This document shows positions 13,052 through 24,500 of a DNA stretch of 64,000 nt, piece by piece (the first letter of the stretch is position 1; each line of letters opens with the position of its first letter). The notes below the pieces were generated by a model. The model saw only the letters and a program-made list of their open reading frames with translations, did not search any database and was not told where the DNA came from. The stretch is from Psammoneis japonica (Eukaryota), in NCBI GenBank assembly GCA_008632985.1, contig QPGO01000315.1, forward strand, positions 1 through 64,000. Direction: 5' to 3'. The position numbers and the translations under genes are program-made.

Positions 13052-13900
13052 ATGGGTTTCTTTTCAAAATTCGCAAGCAGCATTCACAAGACGATACAAT
13101 CCCTTGTCTCCAATGGAGGGAGTGCTCATGAAGACAAAGGAATGGCTGCGAATGCCTCAAGTGCTGCAAGCGGGCGTGCCATCAATCAGAGTGATCCACA
13201 CCGCGACGACATGACACCCAATGACACCTCGACCGACTTCAATCATGATGGTTCCAATGATGTCAGTGCAAGACCAGAAATTCCGCAACAGGCATCTCCA
13301 CCTTCGCCTGCCGGGACACTGTGGCCTCCCTCGCCTGGGGACCACTCATTGCCTTCAAGCCAGGACTGCTCATTTCCTGCGGTGGCAAGTGACAAGCGGG
13401 TGCCTCCCTCACCACAGACATCTCCATCCACCTGCCGGGACTCCGTGGCCTCCCTCACCTGGGGACTGCTCATTGCCTTCAAGCAAGGACTGTTCATTGC
13501 CTGCAATGGCAAGCGACAAGCGGGTTCCTCCCTTGCCACAGGTTTCTCCGCGTCCGCCTGCCAGGACTCCATGGCCTCCCTCGCCAGGGGACTGCACGGC
13601 AAGCAACCAACCCTCAACACAGGAATCTCCGCCTGCGCCTGCGCCTTGGGACTGTGGATGCTCGGCAAGCAACCACTTTGGACCTCCCTCGCCACAACTT
13701 TCTCCGCCTTCGCCCTCCAGCATTTCATGCGGCAGAGAAATGAGGGCATCAGCATTCTCGCCACCGGCATCTCCACCTTCGATCGTCAGATGCGGGGAAA
13801 GAAAAAGATGTGTTGATGATCTCAGACTTGGCGAGCACGAGACATCTCAAGACGACCCCGATGATGACATCTACGAGCTAGAAAGTGGGAGTGAGTGTTC
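13052..13900 (+). pseudogene. Frameshifted Pro/Ser-rich gene relic with ~125 bp internal tandem repeat
   Basis: ATG at 13052; repeat unit WPPSPGD(H/C)SLPSS..D.S.PA.ASDKRVPP seen ~2.3 times (periods 124 and 126 bp), changing frame. Confidence 0.5.
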
Positions 13901-13966
13901 TCGGAGAGACTGCAGCACAAGCTGCCGAATCGAAAAATTTGCGACATCACAAAATTTGCGACAAAT

Positions 13967-14722
13967 GGAGTGGCGCACTTTCCAAAAGTGCGGTGCGCAG
14001 CACTCGTCTACATGCGGACAAACAGTGCTAGACTCTGCGCACCGAACACAACAAGATTTCACTTCATTACGACAACAGCACGGGAAGTCTGTCATGTCGG
14101 GTGTGTCGACGTCATTGCGCTTCTTGCGTATAAAAAATACATCAATCCACTAACATTGCGCGTGCGAATTGGATGGGATACAGGATCTTGCAAATCTGGT
14201 GAAAAAATCGTCCCCCCGTGCTTCACCGTGTTAAAAACCCCGTGCCAATCCTCCACAATGAATGAAAATCCAACTTTTCGTCAAAATCTGTTGTCGCGTG
14301 CTCACTTCAGTGCTTCATCAATGCGATCGACCGAGAAAACACAAAATACACCCCAAAAAAAGTGAAAAACAACAGTCCCACCGCGGCCAAAACCTCTACG
14401 TGATTTCAGCACCAAGTTGTACGTGCCAAAAACCCTTCGTCACCAATGGCTCAACCAGCTCCCAAAACAACTCGATCATTGTCATTTGACATTGATATCT
14501 CATTTCTTATCATATCAGTTGTTGTCTCGGTGCATCATAACCTCCCAGTCCGCTGTCGTTGTTGTGTGCGTCCATTGCCGATGTCGCGGCGTCGTTGCCG
14601 TGATGTTTGTGTGTGAAGTGAATTCAAATAAACATCTCTACGAATTTTGTAGTACATTTTTACGTACGTATATTTTGTGTAGATCAGGTATGCGCACCGA
14701 ATTTTTGAAAGTACGCCACTCC
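13967..14722. mobile_element. MITE-like element with ~45 bp imperfect TIRs (GGAGTGGCG...CGCCACTCC)
   Basis: 13964-14012 AATGGAGTGGCGCACTTTCCAAAAGTGCGGTGCGCA...TCTACA matches the reverse complement of 14678-14725; both ends flanked by AT. Confidence 0.75.
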
Positions 14723-15229
14723 ATTCCGAATCCCCGCACAATCATCGCGCGGCGAGTCGAGAAACGACCCTTGTCACCCTCCAAGATCGTCTTTGCGACG
14801 CGGCCAACATCCTCTGGTGCAATTCAAGGTGCAGGCGTTCTTCCTACTTCGATTAAGAAAAGATATGATGCACGAGAAATGACAAGAAATCCTTATTTTC
14901 AAAGGAAATTGCCTTCTCGTGACAGCAACTCATGCCGACGCATCGCAAGATTTCAACAAAAAATGACCTTTTTGGATGATTACACCGCCTTTCCTCACAA
15001 ACAAAACGTCATATAGCTCTTCATAATGATAATAATCTGATTGGTTTGTTATTTCATGTCACTTACAGACCTTCGGTTGTCGAAACAGTAGCATTTGCTC
15101 ATTTGAAGCGAAAAATGAAGCACTCAGAGACCTCGCACGTGCTTTCATCGTGAAAAAATTCGAGCTATTTGTTTTTATAAATTAATTTGCGATTCGCAAA
15201 TTTTGCGTTTCAGTAGCAAGCAGTCTCGT

Positions 15230-18200
15230 GATGGATGAGGAGGACTGGATCGATGAATTGTGAAGGAATTTGATTTTGTGTGGTGGCTTTAATTCAGGGT
15301 GGTATGCTGCGAGTGACTTCCTATCGAACGACGGTGAAAAGTTGGAAACTGTTTCTACTACCAAAGTTGATATCGTTTCGGATGACGAGTCACGTGAGGA
15401 GAGGTTCAGTGTTGCTTTCCCAGCTACTAAACGCCGTAGTTCGAGCAACGTGGATTTTGATGTGCTTGTCACTGAGTCAGCAACAACCGGTTGGAAGTGT
15501 CGGGATGCGGACGATCGAGATGAGTTTTCGGTTTCGTCAGATGGATCATATACTGACCTTCCAGGTGTTTCAAAGAAAATGACGTTATACTCCCAAATGA
15601 ACAAAACACAAGGAAATTGGTTGTCATTGTAATTGATGCTGTTCGAGACATATGGAGCGGGTATCTTGAAAAGTGAACTACTGAACAATGATATGGACGC
15701 ACGACATTGTAGGGGGGACAATGGAGAGGCCCTACTCCACGTGGCTGCAAGAGCCGGCAATTTGGACTTTATCCATTGGCTTTTAGAAGAACGGCTTGAT
15801 CCGTTCATCCAAGATAACAACGGCTTAACCCCCCGGGACGTTGCGACCACACCCGAAGCCGAAGAATTGTTGTGCGAAATCGAGAGTCGTGCCAAGCAAG
15901 CGATCGAGAACGCGGTTACTGTCCTGCAGCCGTTTGTCCGTGGGTACCTCGTCAGAAGCAAAGGGCTATCGGTGAGGAAATCTTGCCTGTTTCGTGCGTG
16001 GTTGCCATTTATTGAAAGCATCCTCGACATGGAACGCGCCAAAAAGCGAGTTCCAAAGTATCTAGGGGCGTTATCTTGGACAGATCTGAAGCAGAACATT
16101 GAATTTGTTGTGGACGATGAGTTGGATGAAGCAGGAAGAGCAATTCCAAAACAGGAGGATGAGGATGCCGAAGACGACAAAGAGAACCTTCAAGAAGAAA
16201 GAGCTTCATGGACAGTCAACTCGATGACAAAATCAAGAGAAAATGGACCCCTGTTGACCTCGGTTTCGTTGACAGCGGATGTCGTCAAATGGACTCGACA
16301 CCTCAAGGATGAGAGACTGCAGCATTTGTTTCGGAAGAGACTGGAACAGCTGGCCAGAGGAGAGCAAAGCAAAGCCCTCTGTAAACGATTGGAAGGTTCA
16401 AAGAGACTCGGTTTCGGGGCCAAACTAGATGAGCAGCAGCGAATCATTTGGACTCCTTGGCGAGGTCGTATTCTTATATGGTACGTTGAGCTGATCAATC
16501 GCGGTGTGTTCTTTTCAAATTGTGACTCATAACGACGCATGCTTGAGTTTCTCTCAGGTTCATCTGCAAGCACGACAATATCAGCCGCTACGTAAAACGA
16601 ATTAACCTGTCCTTTGATCGAGTGGTTTTGACTGTTCTCCACTCACCCACACAGAATGTTGTTGACTCACGAGAACCAGAAATGCTAGCCAGCCCGTTTT
16701 CCAATATCCCTCTCAAGATTCATTCGCTGAAGACGCTAGACATCGACCGTTTTGTTTGCGACAACGAATGGATCCAGCCCATCAAGCTGACGTCAAAAGA
16801 AGAAGAAGAAATTGTTTGCAAAACGGGTACAGTTCTCCTGTTGGGCCGATCCGGAACAGGGAAGACGTTATGTGTTTGTAGCAGAATTGATCGTGACCGC
16901 ACAATTCACGGAGACCGTATTCGTCAACTATTTGTGCCTCGAACCAAGCGGCTGTGCAGTTTTGTCAAGAATTTGGTGACCAAAAGTACCACAAATACAG
17001 GCAACATGGCGTTCATGCGAGTTTCTGACTGGGTGGAAGCCGTGCATGATAATTACGGAAGAGAAGAAGAACGGGAGAGGTTCAAGAAACAAAGCAGGTT
17101 TCTGTACCGGAACTTCTGTGAGCACTGGGAAACGATTCGAGGAAACCACAAGAATCTTGACCAACTCCAGATCTGGACTCAGATAAGATCATTCATAAAG
17201 GGATCATTCGAAGCTGCCATGAAACATGAACCTCTGAAGATGAATACGTGTTGCAACTCAGCAGAGACAGGTGTCGGTTGGGTGTAGATGATCGTCGCAA
17301 GGCATACGGGTGCTTCCTACGTTACGAACGTCGAGGAATGTATGCTCACCTGATACCTGCGTTTTTCTTTTTGACTTGGGAAGTTGTGCGTTTGGTCAGT
17401 CTGAGCTCCCATGAATACAATCGTCGATACGACAAGATTTACGTCGACGAAGTTCAAGACATGTCTCAAGCCGAAGTCGGGTTACTCTTTTTGTTGTCGG
17501 AGAACCGAGACGAGTCAATGTTTCTAGCCCGGTGATCCTGCTCAGGCAGTTGCCAAAGGTGTGGACTTTCGTTTCGAAGAAGTCCCCCGTAGTCTACATG
17601 ATTTCAAATGGCCGAGTAAAGCTTGAGCGCTGACAGGTTCTTCACAGGAACTTTCGAAGCCACCAAGGAATTTTGGGGGTGGCAAATGTTGTCTCGGATT
17701 GCCTTTATCAAGCTTTCCCTGGACGGCGCTAAAGTTGAAGCCCGACACGGGTCTTGTCAAGGGTAAGCAAACAACGCTGGATAATATGTACTCGTAACAG
17801 CATTTCCGTCGTTGGTGACCCTCTAACATGCGCCTTGCTTTTTGGCGTAATATTTTCTGAAGGGGCCCGTCCCGGTTTGTTGAATGTGACTACGAGAAGC
17901 TATCCGAGCTTCTGAGAAAGAACGAACGTATCCGAGTGCTGGTGCGAGATGATTGCAAGAAGCAGTTGTTAGAACATTTTCCAGGACTAGAGTATGCTGT
18001 TTACGGCATTATTGAGGCTGAAGGGCTTGAATTCTCCGATGTCCTGATTGTCAATTTCTTTTCAAACTGCAAGGATGGGCAAACAAGAAAGGCTTGGCGA
18101 AAGCATCTCGTCAACGCTACACCTGGTATCTCGAAGATACAACAGCTTGCTTCTTCCGTCGTACCCCAGACGCTAGAGTTAGAAATGAAACTCCCGCCAC

Positions 18201-18750
18201 AACGCGGGCGCAAATACGTTTGTTCTTTGTTGAAACTACGCCATGTGATGTGTTCAAAGCTTGGAGCGGACTCCTTGTGAGAACGGTAAACGCTTAGCTG
18301 AAACCATGACGATTGAAAGGGTGATCCAAGAAGGTTCGAAGCTAGTGACGGCGGATGAATGGCGTTTGCAAGGTCTTGAATTGGCAATCGTAGCTGAAGA
18401 GGAGACAGCGGACTCTTGTATTGAACCTGGCACGCGCAGTTACTTGTTTCGAGAAGGCAGACGACAGCATATTGGTGGATCGTGCCAAGAAACATTTGAA
18501 AGCGATGGAGCTTCATTTCTTGGCTCGCAATAGTTTCTTGGAGGGCCCCGACTTCGGATGAAGCGGGCGAATGTGGAGCGGATGCCATCCTTGCCAACAT
18601 GGAATCCGGGCATGCTCAGGAGGCATCAGCTTTGTGTAAAGAGTTTTGCAGTCCGGCGGGGTTGACCGGTTTGGGGGGGCGAATTGAGAAGCTTCGAAAG
18701 ATTTGTCAGCAGCAGCAACATTGAAACGGAAGCTAGCTAGACGTACGGAA
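15230..18750 (+). pseudogene. Ankyrin + IQ-like + RelE-like + UvrD/SF1 helicase gene (TRANK1-like), multiple frameshifts/stops
   Basis: Ankyrin (GEALLHVAARAGNLDFIHWLL, DNNGLTP), LQPFVRGYLVR, Walker A GRSGTGKT, Walker B IYVDEVQD, GDPAQAVAKGVDFRF, EAEGLEFSDVLIVNFF; reading frame broken many times. Confidence 0.75.
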
Positions 18751-18825
18751 ACCAAAGGAGATGCAAGATGGTAATTATTAGCACAACAAACATGATGCGA
18801 AGTATTCTTCTCGATTTTCTGACAA

Positions 18826-20124
18826 TCACCACAACCAAAGAGCAGTGTTGGTACAGGTAGATGCCAACTGCGCAAATTTTGGATTCGCGGCTACGCACGT
18901 GACCCGATCAGTGTGCCCCTCAAGTTTCTTTACAAGTGCTCCCGTTTTGGCGCTCCAGCAACCAATAGTTCCGTCTTGATTCCCACAAAAGACAGTGTCA
19001 TCATCAGGAGAGAAGCATGCCGCTGTATATGCCTTTGAGGTCGGAGTCCAATTGCTAGCATCACAAAAGGCGTGCTGGACTGTTCCCTCGTATCCATCCA
19101 TGACAAGCGTTAGTCCCGGTGAAGCTGTTGCCAAGAGCTGATTTCCCTTGGCATTAAAGGCGAGCGATGTCCACTCGGCCTTTGACATTTCAGCTGCCTG
19201 CAGCGCTGGTACGCGCATCTTTGCTTCCATCACCTTTGCAATAGCATCCTGACCCACTTTGAGCTCTGCAAAGGCACCAACACTATAATTCCGCGCATCG
19301 TACAAATGAACATACTGAAAGACAAGAGTGTGTGAGCAGCGAGTGTAGCAAAGTACGAAGCTAGCCATAAACGAATGGGTTCATCTTACGTGTCCAGCTC
19401 CATTTGTCATGGCTGCCGCTATTCCAAATACCAAGCCTGTGCTGTCAAACACCGCATGAGGAGTACCTTGGGTATTGGAGGGCAAATCCATCTGAGCTAC
19501 GCATCCAGCCTGTTGAACATTCCACAATCTAACTGTACGATCGTTGCTGGAAGTGAGAAAACAATCATCTACAGGGCTCATTGAAATTCCTAGGAGAAAA
19601 GGAGATTAGGAATAAAAGGCATTAGTCAAAGACGCAGTGTATGGGAGTTCCACACACACGAGTTGCTGGAAAGAGTCCCTACCTGACACATCTTCCGAGT
19701 GACCGCGAAATTTGCGCAATATTTTATTGTCAGGAATTGATAGATAGTGCACAGCACTGCGCTGTGTCACAGGTTGATCTCTACTTCCTTTTCCAGCAAT
19801 AAGAACGCATTGATTGTGATGACTATGAAAAAAAAGTGAGGAAAAAGAAACCTACAACACCAGCTTCTCTACGCCCAAGAAACGCTTTCAATTTTTAACT
19901 CACGTTGCTTGCACCAATCGTACACCCTCTCGTTGACATTTTATACCGTAAGGCTGCTGTTCAGACACGCTGCCTTTTTGACAATCGATAATGTTCAAGC
20001 GTGAATCACCTTCCGAAGCAACAAACAAGTGCTCTCCGCTTTCGTGGAATGACATGCTAGTTGCTGGAGTCCTGCCTTTTATAACCGAACATATTTGCGG
20101 GAGACCAGGTTGGGTAAAGTCCAT
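18826..20124 (-). CDS. WDR82: WD40 protein WDR82/Swd2 (COMPASS / cleavage-polyadenylation subunit), 4 exons
   Basis: Exons approx. 20124-19904, 19822-19684, 19589-19391, 19315-18826 with GT-AG introns; motifs YLSIPDNKILRKFRGH, MSPVDDCFLTSSNDRTVRLW, LYDARNY, NPKFAQLAST. Confidence 0.9.
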
Positions 20125-20945
20125 TCTTCTTTCTAATAACTACAGCCGCGAAACAACAAGGTGTTTGCCTAGTTGCATTAGGACGAGCAGCGCCGCGTCG
20201 TATTCCAGTATGGTGCCATTGTTGCGTGGTTTCGCGTTTCGCCTCGTTGTTCGGCGGTCGGCGGACAGGGAGAACCGCGAAAAAAGTGGCAGCGGACGAA
20301 GGACGGACTTGGTACCGCCGATGAGGTGCGGCGCGGTGCGGGGTGAATAAATGAGGAGCGAGCGGAGGGGCGGTGCGGGGCGGCCTGTGGGTGAGGTGGT
20401 TCTTCATTCAATTCGATCTAAAATTTACACAGCTCGCTCTTACCAGCTGCAGCCTAGGGCCCTACAATAAGCTTAGTCATGCCTGATATGCCGCCGGTGA
20501 CATGGTACTTACTGCCGGTAACCTTTTAGTTAGCGATAGGACCCTAGTCTAGGTAGAGGTTTAGCCTGCTACAATCTAGAGGTGGAAGATGTTCAATGTA
20601 GTCTATCATAGCCACCGATTCCAATTCGCTAGCGCGGGAAGAAAGAATGAACGCAAAAGGGATAGAGAAGACGGATCTGACGATGATTCTTTACCATCTG
20701 GTTTAGAAACAAAATAACTCGTCGAATGAACAGCTCTCCGAAAGCGAACAATGATCTTGAATCTCACTGATGACGACGCAAACGACGGTAAAGCAAGAAA
20801 GCTGTATTCATGAAAAAATATTTCTATAGCGAGTACTGAGTAATTGTCATCTATTCTTTCACATCACTCTAATTTTTTTGGGATGGAATGAATCGAACTA
20901 CCATAACAAATTCCAGCCACTAGTGGAATACTTCTACGGTCAAAA

Positions 20946-21263
20946 TCAAGTCTTCAAGGTTCGCTTCTCCAATTCACCAGCATGTTCCTTTTTATACGCT
21001 TCCCACTTTTCCGTCGAATTGTGAATGGCCATGCAATCGTTAAACTTTTTGTGAACGGCACGGCATTTCCACACCACCAAGAGTCCGTTCTCTTGGGCGC
21101 ATTCGGCAAAGTCTTGAATCTCCTGCTTACAACTCTCCTTGGCCATGTCTTTGAATTCTTGACGCATTTGGTGCTCGGCAAAGTTGCGGAAGGACAATCG
21201 GCTCTCGCGCGACGCATCCTTTATGCGGGCTTTGCTTTCGGCGTCGATATTGTTGGATGACAT
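20946..21263 (-). CDS. Mitochondrial twin-CX9C COX assembly protein (CMC1-like)
   Basis: 105 aa ORF with CKQEIQDFAEC and CRAVHKKFNDC twin CX9C motifs and LLVVWKCR. Confidence 0.85.
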   Translation of the reverse strand: MSSNNIDAESKARIKDASRESRLSFRNFAEHQMRQEFKDMAKESCKQEIQDFAECAQENGLLVVWKCRAVHKKFNDCMAIHNSTEKWEAYKKEHAGELEKRTLKT

Positions 21264-21589
21264 GTTGTGTGCTCAGAGGCTCGAACTGAAAATAGCAAGG
21301 TTTGTTTCAACTTTTGAAAGAGAACGGTACGTCTTCAAAAGAAACCTCAACGGCTTGCTCTGTATCAGTGATGATGCGCAGAGAGCAACGACAACAGCGA
21401 GAAAAGGAAGAAAAGAGAAAAGAGAAACTGTGAGAGAAAAGTGAGAAACTGAATGAAAGATGAAAGGCGACGACCCAACTTTCTGGTAATACCGTACGTA
21501 TGGACGGACTCCAAGTACCGTAGTACGGCGTAACCGGATGCGCGAATGCATCGCGCGGTTCCATTTTGGCGCGAGCTTAGATCTTCGAT

Positions 21590-24500
21590 TTTGAAACCTC
21601 CACACCATCGCTGGCGCTGGCGCTGTGGTAAACAGCAATGGACATGCCTGTTTGTTTGCTCAAATGATGAGCCCAGAGTGACCCATAAGGACAGCAAGAG
21701 AAATTTTCCTTCCAATCCAGTGAGAGAAGTGTCAGGGTTGGAACCTCTGTGTGACACCCAAAGCCCAAGAGCCAGTGGCAATGCTCTTGGCCGTTGGTGT
21801 CCAACTAGAATTCAGTTGTCAGAGGAGGAAAAGGTTGAGTGTTGCAGGAAGCAGCAAGGCAGAGAGAGTGTGATTTGTGCGAAAGGACCCTGCACAACCC
21901 ACACGAGCTCAGAATTGCGCCAGCAAAATGCAGGGACGACACTTTTGCCCACACAATGATGGCAAGTGCAGCTCACAGAGAGGCAGTTCTTGCAGCACCA
22001 AAGAGGAGTGGCAGCAGTTTTTGACACCATGCCTTGAACATGCGCAGCCATTGAACACGGTCTGCTGAAAATTGCTTTTGTGAAGATGCGCGAGTCGCAA
22101 ATTCTGCACCAAAGACAGAGGGATTCAAGTGTCTTGATTCAGAAATTTGAAAGAGTTGTTTGGGCATGCTGTCTTTGTCAGCTGAAGTGGAGCCATTCCA
22201 GTGCTGTGAAGTGTGCAAGGTTCCACACAAAATCAGCACACAGGTGGTTTTCATCAACGATGAAGGTCAACTGGCTGTCATTCTCCAGTGTGCACCTTTC
22301 AAAAAGGAGGTCACAACTCAAGTCTGGTGTGCCTGCAGTGTCACCCATCAGCTCAACCCTGACATCCACAACCCACCATTCACCAAGAAGAGCGTGATTT
22401 AGCACCACTTGAAAGCTGCCTCCTCCAAGATCTCTGGCTTCCAGGGCAGGTGCTTGGTTGTTTGCATTGCCAACCATGACAATGTGACATGCTCCCTGAT
22501 GGAGAAACACAAAAACACACGGCTGCTGGGTCTGGAAGCACTGGGTTTTGCGTTTGATTGTGTGTTGGACGTGGTGTTAGATTCTGAGTCAGAGGAGATG
22601 CAGGGGGAAGAGTTGGAGTCTGATTTGGAGGGGCCGTCGGAGGGGAGATCTGCATCAGAAATGGTGCTGGAGCTGTTGGAGAAAGTTCAGCAGGAGGTGT
22701 TGGAGGATGCATTGGGTTTCATTTTGGATTGTGCATTGAACAGGGCATCAGATTCTGAGCGCAAGAGGAGATGTGGGGGGGAGGGGTTGGATTCTGAGTC
22801 AGAGGGACTGTCAGAGGGGAGGTCATCTTCATCGGAAATGGCATTGGAAGACTGGTTGCTGATGTTGATGTGTTGGTGAAGGTGTCTGGGGCACAGATTG
22901 CAGCTCTGTTGACAGTGGTGTGACACCTTCTTGCATTTCTAAGTCTGTGTTGTTGTTTGGAGGGGGTGGAGGGGATGAGTCATTGCTGCCAACTGGCAGT
23001 GGAACCATGACAACTGCCACTGCTGCATTCACAATCACCACAAAAACAGCAGCGCCAATCACACAGAGCCCTCAAATGTCCTTTCTACTTGCCCCAGTTT
23101 CTTTGGCTGCAGATGCAATTGCCAATGGCAACCTTGTCTGTTCTTGTCATGGCCGGTTGACACTGGTCACAAGTTGAGCACTCACCATGACACAGCTGCC
23201 CATGGGCTGGGGATGACAAGGCAGTCATCCATTTTCTGACTCAGGAGGTGATGTGGAACCATCATTGCCATTTCTGTGAACTGCTTTTCCAGGTTGTTGA
23301 CATGTGGGAGGAGGAATGAAACCACAATTGTGGCCACTGACTGCTGCTGCTTCTTCTCAAGAGTGTCAAAGAGATGATGTGGAAACCTCTTTGCTGTCCA
23401 GTGGGACAGGAAATGCATTGTCTTGCCTGAGCACTTGCCAGGAAGATGACCTTTGAGCCTCTGATTCTAGAACTTGTCATTGCAGTGCTTCCTGGTGTTT
23501 CTTCATTGGGATGTTTCCAGGGAACTGGGTGGGGCAAGTTTTCTGACTCATCATCACCCACCACACCAGTTCTTGCACTTGACATGGGAAAGAAGGTGCG
23601 AGTTGCAACTTCCTCAGAGCCAGGACATCAATGCAATGTGCATTTCCCATTGGAAGCACTGCAGGCTCCAAACTGACTGACACCTGATCCTGCACTCAAT
23701 GTGCTCTTCTTCACTTTGTCCATTGCAGCTTCCTGAGGTGATGCACCAATTGATCATTCACCATTGCAACAAATGGCATCAACTGCACTGTCAATGTTGC
23801 TGTCATGACAAGAAAGGATGGAGTTCTTCAATGCAGCCTTGGACATGTCTTGAAAGAGATCCATGAGCTGGAAATGCTCTGAGCTTGATGATGATGACAT
23901 GACAAAGGTTTGGAAAGAAGCCACAGTGTTTTGTCTCTGACACTGAAAAAACAGCCATTGCCATGTGCAGTGCTGTCAACATCATCACTGTCCATCATCT
24001 GTCATTGGCTTGTGACTCAAATCTGTGTGCTTTCAGCTGCACCAGCTGAAGTGCATTGCAAACTCTGCCCTGGTTGATCATTCTGAGTGATCACACTCAG
24101 TTGGCTGCAGAGGGGGGCAACAAGAGGTGCACACAGAGGGAAGGCCTTGCTTCATGTGGGGTTGGCTGCTGTCAATCATTTGCCTGTTGCCAGCCAGCAG
24201 CCAGCAGCTGGGGGAAAGTGCTCACTTTGTCCGCAGCCCACCACTCTCAGGGAAGCACATCACAGAGCACACTCCTGCAACAGCAAAGTGCGGGGCAATG
24301 TGGTTTTGTCATTGAATGAGCAACAAGGAGATTTCATTTCAACAACTTGCACAACATCAAGAGAGCTCCTCTGTGCTGTGAAGAAACTTGCATCTCATGC
24401 TCACCTGCTTTCCAGCCAAAGCACACTCAAAAAACAGCCTTGAAATTGTGCACAAAAGTGACAATGATGTGCAGCACATGTGCAAGAACACCCTCTTCCA

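Larger units (their letters stand above)
1..13900. repeat. TpA-depleted relic domain 1 (CpG also depleted in about 1-9000); degenerate TE and gene-family remnants
   Basis: Only about 35 TA dinucleotides found by eye in the first ~10 kb; strong CA/TG excess; ORFs rich in Cys/His and nearly devoid of Tyr. Confidence 0.85.

Noticed and set aside
20057..20411. Pro/Arg-rich ORFs upstream of WDR82
   Set aside because: GC-rich promoter/UTR sequence with no domain signal.
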